A DNA stretch of 64,000 bases from the human T2T-CHM13v2.0 reference genome, Homo sapiens, in assembly GCF_009914755.1 (NCBI RefSeq), contig NC_060932.1; one strand, given 5' to 3'. Under the pieces are notes generated by a model, which was not told the origin of the DNA, did not search any database, and saw only the letters and a program-made list of their open reading frames with translations. Position numbers and translations under genes: made by a program. The first letter of the stretch is position 1. Each line of letters starts with the position of its first letter. Below, one piece after another: positions 22,114-39,596 of this stretch.

Positions 22114-22416
22114 TGAGCCTCCTGAGTAGCTGGGATTACAAGCATGCACCACTATGCCTGGCTAATTTTGTACTTTTAATTGAGACGGGGTTTCTCCATG
22201 TTGGTCAGGCTGGTCTCGAACTCCCAACTTCAGGTGATCTGCCCGCCTCGGCCTCCCAAAGTGCTGGGATTACAGGTGTGAGCCACGGTGCCCGGCCGAG
22301 CATGCCTGCTTCTTAGTGAGTTTGGAAAGTTTCGCAAGAACTGCTTGGCTTGCATATTAATGAAATGAGAATTAGCAGATTTCCCCCTATGGTTTCAAGT
22401 ATATGTGAGACTCATT

Positions 22417-23245
<829 letters not shown>

Positions 23246-23249
23246 TGTG

Positions 23250-23490
23250 GTGTGCCACAGTTAAGAATAAAAACTCTGGAGTCAGATCTGAAATAGAGAT
23301 CTTACTGTGCAACTACTTAACTGTGTAACCTTGGGCAAATTAATGAACTTCTCTAAGCCTCAGCTCATCATCTATAACAGGGATCGTGGATGGTACCGAC
23401 ATGGTGGGACCGTTGTAAGGATTAAGTGAGATAACACATGAAAAATGCTTAGTGCAGTGCCTGGCACAGACATTCAGCACTTATCAGTGG
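23250..23490 (+). mobile_element. MIR
   Basis: Core ctgtgtaaccttgggcaaattaatgaacttctctaagcctcag; gtgcctggcacag. Confidence 0.85.
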
Positions 23491-23599
23491 TATATCTGTT
23501 GTTTCCAAACAAATATAGAGGCTAGCTAAAGGCAGCACAGATATTATAGGGAGAAGCAAAGAAGAAGTTGGTGGTCTCTAATCTAAACTAAGCCCTTGG

Positions 23600-25005
23600 C
23601 ACCCATGTTACCCTATCTGTGTATCTTTTGTCATCCAGCTCTATCATTCCTCACACTCCCAACACTTTCTCTCCAGACCTTGCCTACACTCAAGATTCCT
23701 ACTCCTCTTGGTATATGACACTGCCTCCCACTTCACAGAAAAAAATTGAATTATCAGGAGCGAAACCCCTGAATGTCCTGCCCCCACACCAACTAACTTC
23801 CTCCCAAGGCATTTCTTCTGCCCAAAGCTAATCCTTCCATCTGTGCTTTCGTGGCAGTTCCTCCCATCAACTCAGAGATGTGGACTCATCGTACCCTACC
23901 TTGCCCTGTGTCCCAGCTTACAGATGTGCTCGCATCTCTGCTATCTTACAAAAACCAAGACAAGACAAAATACTGTCCCTCTTTGAGACGTAGTACTGTA
24001 AGGATTGACCCTTCTTTCTCCTGCCCCTCCTAGCCAACCTCTTTATTGAGAGAAAGTCTATATTCATTCTATCCACTGTCAGTAGCACAGGCCGCTATTT
24101 ACTAAATATTTACTCTGCGCCAGATTATATATATACTCTTCAATCTTCAAATCAATAATACAAAGACTATCACTGTTTTGTATGTGAATGAGGTACTTGA
24201 AGCTCAAAGAGATTGAAGTGTCTCATTCTGGTTCAAACAGCAAAAATGTGACAGAATCAAGATTGCAACTCTAGTCTCTCTGAATGCAGTTCATGTTATT
24301 TGCATTCTCTCAGTAGTTCCCAAACCTGCCAGGGCATCAAAATCATCTAGAGGTCGGATAAGGAAAAAAAACCAACAGATTCTTGGGTCTCACCCCAGAG
24401 CTACCAAATTATAGTCCCTTCACGAAGAGCCCAGGAATCTTAACCTTTGCAGCTTGTGGGTGGATCTGATACAGCCCCACTGACATAGGGCTTCCCCATG
24501 CTGCCTCTCACCCTTGCACTCCTCACTTCATCCCAGTTTGGCTTCTAGTTTCACTCTTCAAACCAGATTACCTTCCCGAGACCTCCTCATGGCCAGATCC
24601 ACCAGGCATTCTCCAATCTTTGTCTTGCTTGACTTGTTAACAGTGTTTAACAAGCTGACTAATTTCTACCTTTCTTTGGTTTCCAGAATACCATGCTCTA
24701 CTCTTGGATTTCCTCCTTTCTTTTTGATCTTTCCTACTCTTTGTCTTTCAGCCACCTTCTAAATGTTGGCACCCCCACCTTGGTTTCTAACTTCACTCTC
24801 TTCTCACTTCAAACACCATGCTTGGGTGATCTCATCCACTCCCATGGATCTAATTACTATTTGTATATTAATGACTCCCAAACTGGTATTTCTAGCTTCT
24901 CTCATGGCCACTGGATCTATTAGTTTGTATATGAGGAATTGCCAGTTGAGTGTCACTTAGATCCCCTAACTCAACAGGTTCATAATGGAATTCATGATCT
25001 TTCTG
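23600..25005 (+). mobile_element. L2 fragments with embedded MIR (~24090-24300) and MER5 (~24312-24480)
   Basis: gggtgatctcatccactcccatgg...atgactcccaaa is an L2 motif; MER5-like cagattcttgggtctcaccccagag. Confidence 0.6.
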
Positions 25006-25010
25006 CTCGC

Positions 25011-26765
<1,755 letters not shown>

Positions 26766-27326
26766 TGATGCTACCCATCCAATCACTAACACCAAATCCA
26801 CCAAAATGATCCTCCACATTCTCATGTCTCCTATCCCCCTCCCTGCACCCAGAACTCTATAGTCTATTTTCTAGATATTTCTAACATCTTCATTTCCAAA
26901 TGCCATGGGCTTAGTTCAGATAACAAAAAGAAATTTGGAATTATCCTGTTTTTGATTAAACCACCCAAAAGACTCCCCCCAACATCATATAGAAAAGAAA
27001 GAAAGAAACAACCGTTCATGCTTAGTTTGTCATTTGGGGTGACTGGTTGTGGAAATGACCTCAGATGGATGACTGTGGAAGATATTGTCTAAGAAGACTG
27101 AATTCATAAGACCAGGGAGCACTTAGGACCCGTAAAGATCTGGCTCAGACATTAAAAAAATATCAGCCAAGGGACACCAATAATTTTTTACCTAAAATAT
27201 AATTTATAGAACAACTATGGTATTTTTAAGACCATCATTTATTAAAATTAATTACTAACTAAATCCCAAACTTTCCTTCCGCTGCTTGGGCCACTGAAGC
27301 TGTCTTGGGCAGGACAGAAGGTTTAA

Positions 27327-27867
<541 letters not shown>

Positions 27868-28095
27868 TAGGAAGCTGTTCAAGACCCTCCACCCTTACCC
27901 TTCCCTTACTCTGCTGATATTTGATGTCACCATCTCTCGATACCAGCTTGCACAGAACTGGAGCCAGTTTCCTTCCTGTGTTCCAGCCTTGCTATTCTTT
28001 TACCTACCTCGAAAGTCTCTTCACTCATTTGATAATGTGCATTCTATCCAACTGAAGTTCTGACTCCATTTTTATTTGATTTAATATACTTTTTA

Positions 28096-28564
<469 letters not shown>

Positions 28565-29600
28565 CTACTAAAAATACAAAAATTAGCTGGGCATGGTGGT
28601 GCACGCCTGTAATCCCAGCTACTCAGGAGGCTGAGACATGAGAATCACTTGAACCGGGAGGCGGAGGTTGCAGTGAACAGAGATTGTGCCACTGCATTCC
28701 AGCCTGCACAACAGAGCAAGACACTGTCTCAAAAAAAAAAAAATACAGAAAATTAGCTGGGCATGGTGGCACATGCCTGTGAGGAGGCTGAGATGGGAGA
28801 ATCACCTGAGCCCAGGAAGTGGAGGCTGCGGTGAGTCGTGATTGCATCACTGCATTCTAGCCTGGGTGACAGTGAAAACCCCGTCAAAAAAAAAAAAAAG
28901 GTATTATTATGCATCAAGCAGCATTTGCATGCTTTACATATATGGATTACTTGTCCCTATGACATAGAGACTATTATCAATTGCCAACTTATAGATGAAG
29001 TTAATCAACTTCCCCAGGACACAGAGCCAGCGTTCTAACCCAAACAGCTGCTCTTGACCAGTGTCCTTGCTCTCCCCGCCTGCCCAGTGCTGCCTCCAGC
29101 AAGCCTTCATGCCCACTCCAGGCCTTCGTGCATTCTTGTTTGTCTGTTTGTTTATATTTGAAAATGTCAGGAATTTCTTTCCTGACACATCGTTAAAGGT
29201 CCCTTGCATCTTCTTGCTTTCTGGGTATCTTTGCTTTGTGCTATCTTAAAAACCTTGGAGCAAGCGTATTACACATAATTCTACATACAGATTGACAGAT
29301 GCCTCCATGAGTTAAAGGAGAGAGACAAAAAAATAAACAAGAGCTTAACACTTCTCATGGTTCGTTAGCACAAAATTACATTTTGTGCATTTTTTCAATG
29401 GCGAGATCATAGGGGATCAGTTCCTGCAGTGGCATGTGCGTCAGGCTTCAATCACAGATTAGAAACTGCTCTGGGTATCTTAAACAGAAAAGGAATTTAA
29501 TCCAAGGAATTAGATGCTTACAGAAATGTTTGCAGTTGGAAAAGCAGGCTTTAGGCTGGACCTCTAGGAATGAGTCTCAGAATGACAGGGCCCAAGTGAC

Positions 29601-30195
29601 CCTCTGCTTTTCCCGTAAGTGGCCTAAGTTAATCTCTGAAAATGGTGCATTACTCACTTGACCCAGAAAACTCCACAAGATTGCACAAATCCAATCTTTG
29701 TGTTCACTTCAGGAATACCAGTGAAACTGCCCAAGCCACCAAGGCTTTACCTATACCAAAAGCTACCCAGTATCTGAAAGATGCCGCAATATAGAAGCAA
29801 TGTGTGCCATGCTGCCTTACCATGGTGGAGTTGACAGCAGTGCCCAGGCCAGACCGTGGGGGTAATGCAGGGTCAGTGGCCCAAAAAGAGTGATGAATTA
29901 TTGCTGTCCCAAGATGCAGAGAGTAATGCTGACCTTAAGAATTTGTATGTAGATTCTCTAGTCATTGAGCACATGAAGGCGAACAAAGCCCCCAAGATGC
30001 CTATCAAACTGAGAGAGCTCACGGTCAGATGAGCCTCTTGACATTCTGAGATGACCCTTCCTGAAAAAGAACAAATTGTTCCTAAACTGGAAGAGGAGGT
30101 AGCACAGAAGAAAAAGATATGCCAAAAGAAACCAAAGAAACAAAAAGTTATGGCTCAGGAATAAATCCAGTAACATAAATGCAAATAAAAGTAAA
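29601..30195 (+). pseudogene. RPL17: Processed pseudogene of ribosomal protein L17 (RPL17)
   Basis: Pyrimidine-rich 5'UTR remnant; ATG at 29642 gives [13 protein letters not shown] (RPL17 MVRYSLDPENPTK). Also [24 protein letters not shown] and [19 protein letters not shown]...VMAQE-stop (30162-30164), with AATAAA at 30184. Intronless, with a premature TAG at 29792 and indels. Confidence 0.95.
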
Positions 30196-30201
30196 CTGCC
30201 T

Positions 30202-30489
<288 letters not shown>

Positions 30490-30561
30490 GGAAACCACCT
30501 GGCTACTTCATCATTACTGGAAACTTTTGGAATCAGGACACCACCATGCAAAACGCAGGCT

Positions 30562-31075
30562 CTAGGACAGACATGGTTGACATTTGGGACAGGATAATTC
30601 TTTGTAGAGGGGGCTGTCCTGTGCATTATAGGATGTCTCACAACATCACTGGCTTCTACCCACTAGATACAGATAGCACACCCTCAGTCACAACAATAAG
30701 AAATGTCTCCAGGCCAGGCACTGCGGCTCATGCCTGTAATCCCAGCAATTTGGGAGGCTGAAGCCAGAGGATCACTTGAGCCCAGGAATTCAAAACCAGC
30801 CTAGGCAACATAGGGAGACTCCATCTCTACAAAAAAGTTTTAAAAGTTAGCCAGGCATGGTGGCACGCACCTGTAGTCCTAGCTGCTCAGGAGGCTAAGA
30901 CGGGGAGGATTGCTTGAGCTGGGGAGTTTGAGGTTGCAGTGAGCTATGATTGTACCACTGCACTCCAGCCTGGGTGACAGAGGAAGACCCTATCTCAAAA
31001 AAAGAAAGAAATGTGTCCAGACTTTGCTAAATGCCCCCACTGGGAGCAAAATAGCCCCTGGTGGAGGATCTCTTG
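30562..31075 (+). mobile_element. MER20 (hAT-Charlie) interrupted by AluJ (30712-31005)
   Basis: gacatttgggacaggataattctttgt...gctgtcctgtgcattatagg; TSD aagaaatgtctccag / aagaaatgtgtccag around the Alu. Confidence 0.85.
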
Positions 31076-31714
31076 TATAGAGCATCATAAGCTTAGCCTG
31101 TCGGGAGTCCAGGGGGCTGCTACCATATTGCTTTCACAGATTTTGAAGATCAGGAACACACTGCCTTGGCTGTGTCCTGTAGATCAGCAACACCACTGCA
31201 ACAGTCAGCTCCAAAGCCGTGCTGCACCTGCTGCAATTCACACCCACGAAACCAATGCCTGCTGCCTTTCTTCCCACTTGACTCAGTTGCATATCCACTT
31301 CTGAAAAAAGAGGCATCTGATTGGTGGAAACTGAATCCCATCCAGACCCCCAGCTGCAAGGGAGTCTGGGAAGAATCATGTTTTAGCTTTCCTGTTTTTG
31401 CAGTGCAAGAAGGTACCCTAGAAGAGAGGTTGAAATAAGTATTGAGAGAACCAATCTACCGTATCGGCTATGGCATGTCAACTTTTTGTTCTTGTCAAAT
31501 GAAGCGGGTAACGTGGGAATGTTAATCTATTTGAATGGAAGTGTTTTGAAAAGAAAGGTGGGCGGGGTAGAACAGCCTACCAGTGTCTATCATCAGGAAC
31601 AAGATACTTTCTAGCATATCGTATTTTATACTCACTGTCTTAATCAGTCGTCTAAACATTAGCAATTCTACCCTGTGATTTCATTTTACATGTGTAAATG
31701 TCTTGTCTCCCTAA

Positions 31715-31885
<171 letters not shown>

Positions 31886-32369
31886 TGAGTAGCTGGGATT
31901 ACAGGCACCTGCCACCATGCCAGCCTAATTTTTTGTATTTTTTTTTAGTAGAGATGGGGTTTCACCATGTTGGCCAGGCTGGTCTCGAACTCCTGACCTC
32001 TAGCAATTCACCCACCTCGGCCTCCAAAAGTGCTGGGATTACAGGCTTGAGCCACTGGGCCCGGCACTCCCTTAATTCTTGAGCATAGTTATAGGCATAT
32101 TGCCGATATTCTGTAAGAATTATTAAACATTCTTTAAGTTGCACTAACCATCAGAAACAGAGTCAGGAATACTTCTAGCCACCACTCTTTAAACAGGATT
32201 TGAGAGTCCCTTTCCTATCTGTTAGGATCATTTTTAACTCTCATAACTTGGAATCTTTATGGGATCTTTAAAATACCAGTTGTTGTCATAGAATCTGAAT
32301 TGAGAAATATGTTGGGGGTTAAGAGTTTAAGAATTTTTAAAAATACATTTATCTTAAATATGTATTGCT

Positions 32370-33300
32370 ATTTCTCCATTTCCAGTCACCATGGAGCAAC
32401 CAGGGCCGCATTTACCCTTCCACCTGAAACAACAGCAACCACAAAAAACAGACATAATATACAAAACATTGGTTTTCAAGATGCTGGACATCAGGTAATG
32501 AAGGACAGTGACTCCTGTGAGATAGGAGGGAAATGAGCTGACCCTACAATTGCCTCAGCCTGTGAGGGTTCCCAGGCCAGGGCACAGGCAAGAGAGACTG
32601 AGGCAGAGCCCAGGGGATTCCCTGGGTCAGGGAGACGGAGCTGAGAATGGAGAAAGGCCACAGGGACTAAAGTTCTTGGGGCAAAGTCCCAAAGAAGAGA
32701 GAGCTGCGTGGAGAGAGGGAGAGAGCTCAGAGATCTGCAGAGGGTCTTCCTGAGCCTTCACTGAGTGCTGAGCAGTGCGGATGTGCCAGGGAACGATCAG
32801 ACGCTGGGGACAGAACCACCCAACAGAATTCAAGATAAGAGTGCTCAGTGCTGACACGGGACCAGGACCAGGGTCTGTTTCCACCAGCCAGAGCAGAAGC
32901 CTGAAGAGTCCCAGACACCAGGGAGGCTTCCCAGAAGAAACTAGCCTCAGCAGTGAGGAATAATTAGCCTAGACTGAGCACAGCGCCAGAATCCCCCACC
33001 AAATCATGACAGCAACCCGAAGGGATTGAACTGTTTCCAACAAACTTAACTGCATCGCAGAACAAAGCACACAATTATTTATAGGAACACAAACATATCC
33101 AGCACCCAGCGAAGTAAAATTCATGGTGTCTGACATCCAATAAAAAATAACCAGTCATGCAAAGAAGGAAAATATGACCCATAGTAAGGAGATAAATACA
33201 TCAATCAAAACTGACATAGAACTGACACAGAAGCCAGGATTAGCAGACAAGGAACAGTTATTATAACTGTGTTCCATATGTTCAAAAAGTCAAGGAGAGA
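32370..33300 (+). mobile_element. Old L1M 5'-end fragment
   Basis: ttttcaagatgctggacatcagg...aggacagtga and aacaaacttaactgcat...aaatatgacccat resemble L1MC/MD 5' regions. Confidence 0.6.
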
Positions 33301-33663
33301 CATATTTGCCTTTTTGCTTTTTTTCTCTGCTGAATAATTCTGTCCAAAAACTAAGATCACGGAGGCTCAAGTCGATCTGCCTGGTTCAATTTCCAGCTCT
33401 GAGACTTACAGGCTCTCATACAGTGTAGCCGGGGCTGGGGCTGGACACAATGTCTGAGCTCTGGCAGGGTGAGGAGGTGCAGGTATTAGGAGACAGAGCA
33501 CACACCCAAGCGTGGCCTGATTCAAAAGTAAATATGCATATTCATGGCTGGGCGCCGTGGCTCACGCCTGTAATCCCAACACTTTGGGAGGACGAGGCGG
33601 GTGGATCACTTGAGGTCAGGAGTTTGAGACCAGCCTGACCAATGTAGCGAAACCCCATCTCTA

Positions 33664-33834
<171 letters not shown>

Positions 33835-33937
33835 TCAAAAATAAAAAAATACAAAAGTAAATATACATATTCAGAAAAATAGGAGCAGCTTTCTAGGGAT
33901 CAGAAAAGGGAGATACAAAATGAGAAGGGAGAAATTA

Positions 33938-34197
<260 letters not shown>

Positions 34198-34639
34198 CTA
34201 CTGTACTCCAGCCTGGGCATCAGAGTGAGACCCTGTCTTAAGAAAAAAAATTAGAGATATTGGTGTGAGCTCATGGTTTTCAGTATATACAGATGGATAA
34301 TAAAATAAATATAGATGTTGATGTGTGCACACGCACACACAGAGACACACACATTCCCCGGCTCTGTCCACCAAGCAGATCTAGGGGCAGCCTCACCGTC
34401 ACCCTGACATGGAGACACTTCTGATTAGAGGTCAAAGAAGAGATGTGTCCAAAGAGGAGAAACCTCAGATCCAGTTATAACTTGGTAGTTTCGGGCAGCT
34501 TTTCTTCAAAGAATGTTTTTAATCTTTATAAGTCATAAAAACAAATCAAGTATGTCAATAAACACTACATTTCTACATTCGAAAAATTATTTTTATATAC
34601 AGTAGCTTATTTATTGCATAGACAAATCATAGAAAAGTA

Positions 34640-35086
<447 letters not shown>

Positions 35087-35324
35087 TAGTAGAGATGGGG
35101 TTTCACCATGTTGACCATGCTGGTCTCTAACTCCTGACCTCAAGTGATCCACCCTCCTCGGCCTCTAAAGTGCTGGGAATATAGGCATGAGCCACCACAC
35201 CAGGCCAAATTGGGCAGTTTTTTCTGATTTTAGTTTAACGGGAGAAAAAAGACAAAGGTTGGCAAAGACGTCAGAGCAGAACATATGAATTCAGTTAACT
35301 ATTTATTTATTTATATTGAGATGA

Positions 35325-35423
<99 letters not shown>

Positions 35424-38004
35424 TGAGTAGCTGGGACTACAGGCACCCACCACCATCCTCCCAAAGTGCTGGGATTACAAGTGTGAGCCACCATGCCCAG
35501 CCACAAATTATTTATAAATAGAATATGCATGGAGGGAGGAAGACCTTCCAGAGGCAGGGAGAACAGGAGCAAATCCCCGGCGTGGGCAGTAGCAGGAGAT
35601 ATACAGGCTATACTGGCTGGGGCTGATGGTGGCAGAGGTGCAAGGAGGCACGAAGGAAGTGAGGATCCAGAGGATCTGTGCCAGGTTATGTGGGCTAAAC
35701 TAATACAGGCTGAACTAAGCCAAAGAACTTTGGCCCGGCCAGGCACGATGGCTAACACCTGTAATCCCAGCACTTTGGGAGGCTGAGGCAGATGGATTGC
35801 TTGAGTCCAGGAGTTTGAGACCAGCCTGGACAACATGGCAAAAGCCTGTCTCTACGAAATTTTTTTTTTTTAAAAGCCATGCACCTGTAGTCCCAGCTAC
35901 TCGGGAGGCTGAGGCAGGAGGATCACTTGAGTCCCGGAGGTCAAGACTGCAGTGAGCCAAGATCACATCACTGTACTCCAGCCCGGGCAACAGAGTGAAG
36001 CCCTATCTCAAGAAAACAAAACAAAACAAAACGAAACTTTAGCCATTATTGTGTTGCATGGACTCTCGTATTCATGATTTATAGCCCACTAGACCACACT
36101 TTGTCTAGATATCTCTTCATAGAGAGCAGCCTCTGATTTAGGGCAGTTATTCATTAGATTGTGCTGTGTCCAAGTCAGGAGCCCCCAGCTGCCCTTGGTT
36201 TCACGAATGAACACGACTTTTTGTTGTTGCTTGATGAGGCGTATTTAAGAGTGGGGAGCTATTGCTAACATGAGTAGAAGTTCTGTACATGTAAACTCCC
36301 TGGGGTGTTTCCCCAAGATTCACCGGCTGGGAAGATCCTGATGGGCAGCCTCTCCATAGGGGGACACATGCACATCTCAAGCACTCAAGAGGAATTCAGG
36401 CTCAGGGGACGCAATGCATGTCAAGAAAAGTATATGGTTCCAAAAAGGCTAAAGGAACTGGAAGTATTTAAAGATGGAATGATTTCAGGCAATAAACTCC
36501 CTCCCACCCAAACAACTAAGCAAGTAAAGGAATAATGTAAAGAGGGTGCTTGCACACCTCTTGCCCAAAATCTCAGAGATTCAAGATTTTGACATTTCTC
36601 CTTTTTTTTTTTTTTTTTTTGAGACAGAGTCTTGCTCTATTGCTCAGGCTGGAGTGTAGTGGCACGATCTTGGCTCACTTCAGCCTCTGCCTCCCAGGTT
36701 AAAGTGATTCTCCTGCTTCAGCCTCCCAAGTAGCTGGGACTACAGGCACATTCCACCACACCCGGCTAATTTTAGTATTTTTAGTAGAGATGGGGTTTTG
36801 TCATATTGGCCAGGCTGGTCTCAAACTCCTGGCCTCAAGTGATTCACCTGCCTCAGCCTCCCAAAGTGCTGGGATTTCAGGGGTGGGCCACTGCACCCTG
36901 ACATTTCCTCTTTGACTCTAATCAGAAGTGTTTCCATGATGGCGCGTGTGCAGTAGGACTTAAAGGACACTGCAGCTCCAGAGACTCCACCCTCAACTCA
37001 ACAAAGACTTAGAATTAGCTTTACTGGTCATCGTAAAGGGTGGAACTTGGTCCTCCTTCCAGAGGGAGGGGTGGAGCTGGGCACTGTTTCTCCATCAATG
37101 TGTCTTGGCAGTTGGGATATTTAGAGATATTTAGAATGTATTATGATTTGGGGTCTGTATACTCCACTTTGAAAAATTCTGCACAGGGGGAGGAAGTACA
37201 GATAGGGGTAACTATTGTGGAGAGGAAAAAGAGGATATATAGCTCTAACAAGGAAGAAAGGCCTAAGGAGAAGGTGTTAGAGACTGGAATCAATGAAAGA
37301 AAGGCATGAGAAATCATTGAAAAATTAATAAGGGCTTGGCATGGTGGCTCACACCTGTAATCTCAACATTTTGGGGGCCGAAGAGGGCAGATTACTTGAG
37401 GTCAGGAGTTCAAGACAAGCCTGGCCAACATGGCAAAACCCTATCTTTACTAAAAGTACAAAAATTAGCCAGGCGTGGTGGCGGGTGCCTGTAACCCCAG
37501 CTACTCAGGAGGTTGAGGCCAGAGAATGGCTTGAGCCCGAGAGGCGGAGGTTGCAGTGAGCTGAGACACACCACTGCAATTCCAACCTGGGCAACAGAGT
37601 GAGACTCTATCTCAAAAAAAAAAAAAAAGAAAAGAAAAGGAAAAAGGACAAGAAAAACACAATAAATATTCATTTTTAAAAACTGATGAGTTTTTACATC
37701 CATAAGGCTGTGCCTGAAAAAAATAATAATAAAAACAATTGATGAGTTTCTTAACATGAGTTACTCAGTGTTATGGGAGGCACCAGGGATACAGTAAATA
37801 ACACAAAGCTGCCCTTGAGGAGCTCACATTTCCATGGGAAGTCAGACATCCATGCCATGAACTCTAATGCCATGGGTGGTCCTCCAGCATAGCTTTATGG
37901 GAATGTGAGTGGGGAGGAAGAAGCATCCACCTGCCTAGAGAGGTCAGGGAAGGCCTGAGAGCACCAAACACCTGGACTGAGGCCAAGATGGGCCCAGTGA
38001 GCCA

Positions 38005-39596
38005 GGTCCACCTGTCAATACAGAGTGCGGGTCCAGCTGTCAATATAGAGGGCAGGTCCAGCTGTCAATATGAAGGGTGGGTCCAGCTGTCAATACAGAC
38101 GGTTGATCCAGCTGTCAATACAGAGTGAGGGTCCAGCTATTAATATATAGGGCAGTTCCAGCTGTCAATACAGAGGGTGGATCCACGTGTGAATACAGAG
38201 GGTGGGTCCAGCGGTCAATACAGAGGGTGGGTCCAGCTGTCAATACAGAGGGTGGGTCCACCTGTCAATACAGAGGGTGGGTCCAACTGTCAATACAGAG
38301 GGCGGATCCACCTGTCAATACAAAGGGCGGGTCCAACTGTCAATAGAGAGGGTGAGTCCACCTGTCAATAGAGAAAGAAGATTCACCCGTCAATACGAAG
38401 GGATCCACCTGTCAATACAGAGGGCGGGTCCACCTGTCAATACAGAGGGCGGGTCCACCTGTCAATACAGAGAGAAGATCCACCTGTCAATACGGAGGGA
38501 GAGTTCACCTGTCAATACAGAGGGCGGGTCCACCTGTCAATACAGAGGGCAGGTCCAGCTGTCAATACAGAGCAAGGATCCACCTGTGAGTACAGAGACA
38601 GGATCCACCTGTCAATACAGAGAGAGGATTCACCTGTCAATACAGAGGGCAGGTCCAGCTGTCAGTATAGAGGGAGGATCCATCCGTCAGTACAGAGAGA
38701 GGATCCACTTGTCAATACAGAGGGTGGATCCAGCTGTCAGTACAGAGGGAAGATCCAACTGTCAATACAGAGGGTGGGTCCAGCTGTCAGTATAGAGGGA
38801 GGATCCACCAGTCAGTACAGAGGAGGGATCCACTTGTCCATATAGAGGGCGGGTCCAGCTGTCAGTATAGAGGGAGGATCCACCTATCAGTACAGAGGAA
38901 AGATCTACTTGTCAATACAGAGGGCGGGTCCAACTGTCAATACAGAGGGCAAGTTCAGCTGTCAGTATAGGGGGAGGATCCACCTGTACAGAGGACGGGT
39001 CTAGCTGTCAGTACAGAGGGAGGATCCAACTGTCAATACAGAGGGCGTGTGTATTAGTTCATTTTCGCACTGCTGATAAAAGACATACCTGAGACTGGGT
39101 AATTTATAAACAAAAAAGAGGCTTAATAGACTTACAGTTCCACATGGCTGAGGAGGCCTCACAATCATGGTGGAAGGCAAAAGGCACGTCTTACATGAGG
39201 GCAAACAAGAGAATGAAAGCCAAGCAAAAGGGGTTTCCCCTTATAAAAACATCAGCTCGCATGAGACTTATTCACTACCAAGAGAACAGTATGGGGGAGA
39301 CTGTCCCCATAATTCAATTATCTCCCACTGGGTCCCTCCCACAACACGAGGGAATTACGGGAGCTACAACTCAAGATGAGATTTGGGTGGGGACATAGCC
39401 AAACCATATCAGTGTATTGACCATTTCAGCTGTCAATACAGAGGGTGGGTCCACCTGTCAATACAGAGGGCAGGTCCAGCTGTCAATACAGAGGGTGTGT
39501 CCATCTGTCAATACAGAGGGCAGGTCCAGCTGTCAGTACAGAGAACGGGTTCACCTGTCAATAGAGAGGGCAAATTCACCTGTCAATACCGAGGGC
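38005..39596. repeat. 25-bp minisatellite, consensus ~GGTCCA(C/G)CTGTCAATACAGAGGGCG, about 42 + 7 units, split by a THE1 LTR
   Basis: Tandem units at 38005-39047 and ~39425-39596, e.g. cacctgtcaatacagagggcgggtc repeated at 38431 and 38456. Confidence 0.95.
39050..39411 (-). mobile_element. THE1 (THE1B/C-type) MaLR solo LTR
   Basis: Starts tgtattagt and ends ccaaaccatatca, the reverse complement of the THE1 start; degenerate 5-bp TSD gcgtg/gtgta. Confidence 0.92.

Noticed and set aside
36541-36561. Short hairpin agagggtgcttgcacacctct
   Set aside because: Short imperfect stem, expected by chance in 64 kb
38202-38795. 197-aa repetitive ORF
   Set aside because: By-product of a 25-bp unit cycling through three frames; no real ATG start or exon evidence
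38005-39596. CRISPR-like array
   Set aside because: Units are contiguous tandem repeats with no unique spacers, there are no cas genes, and the DNA is primate
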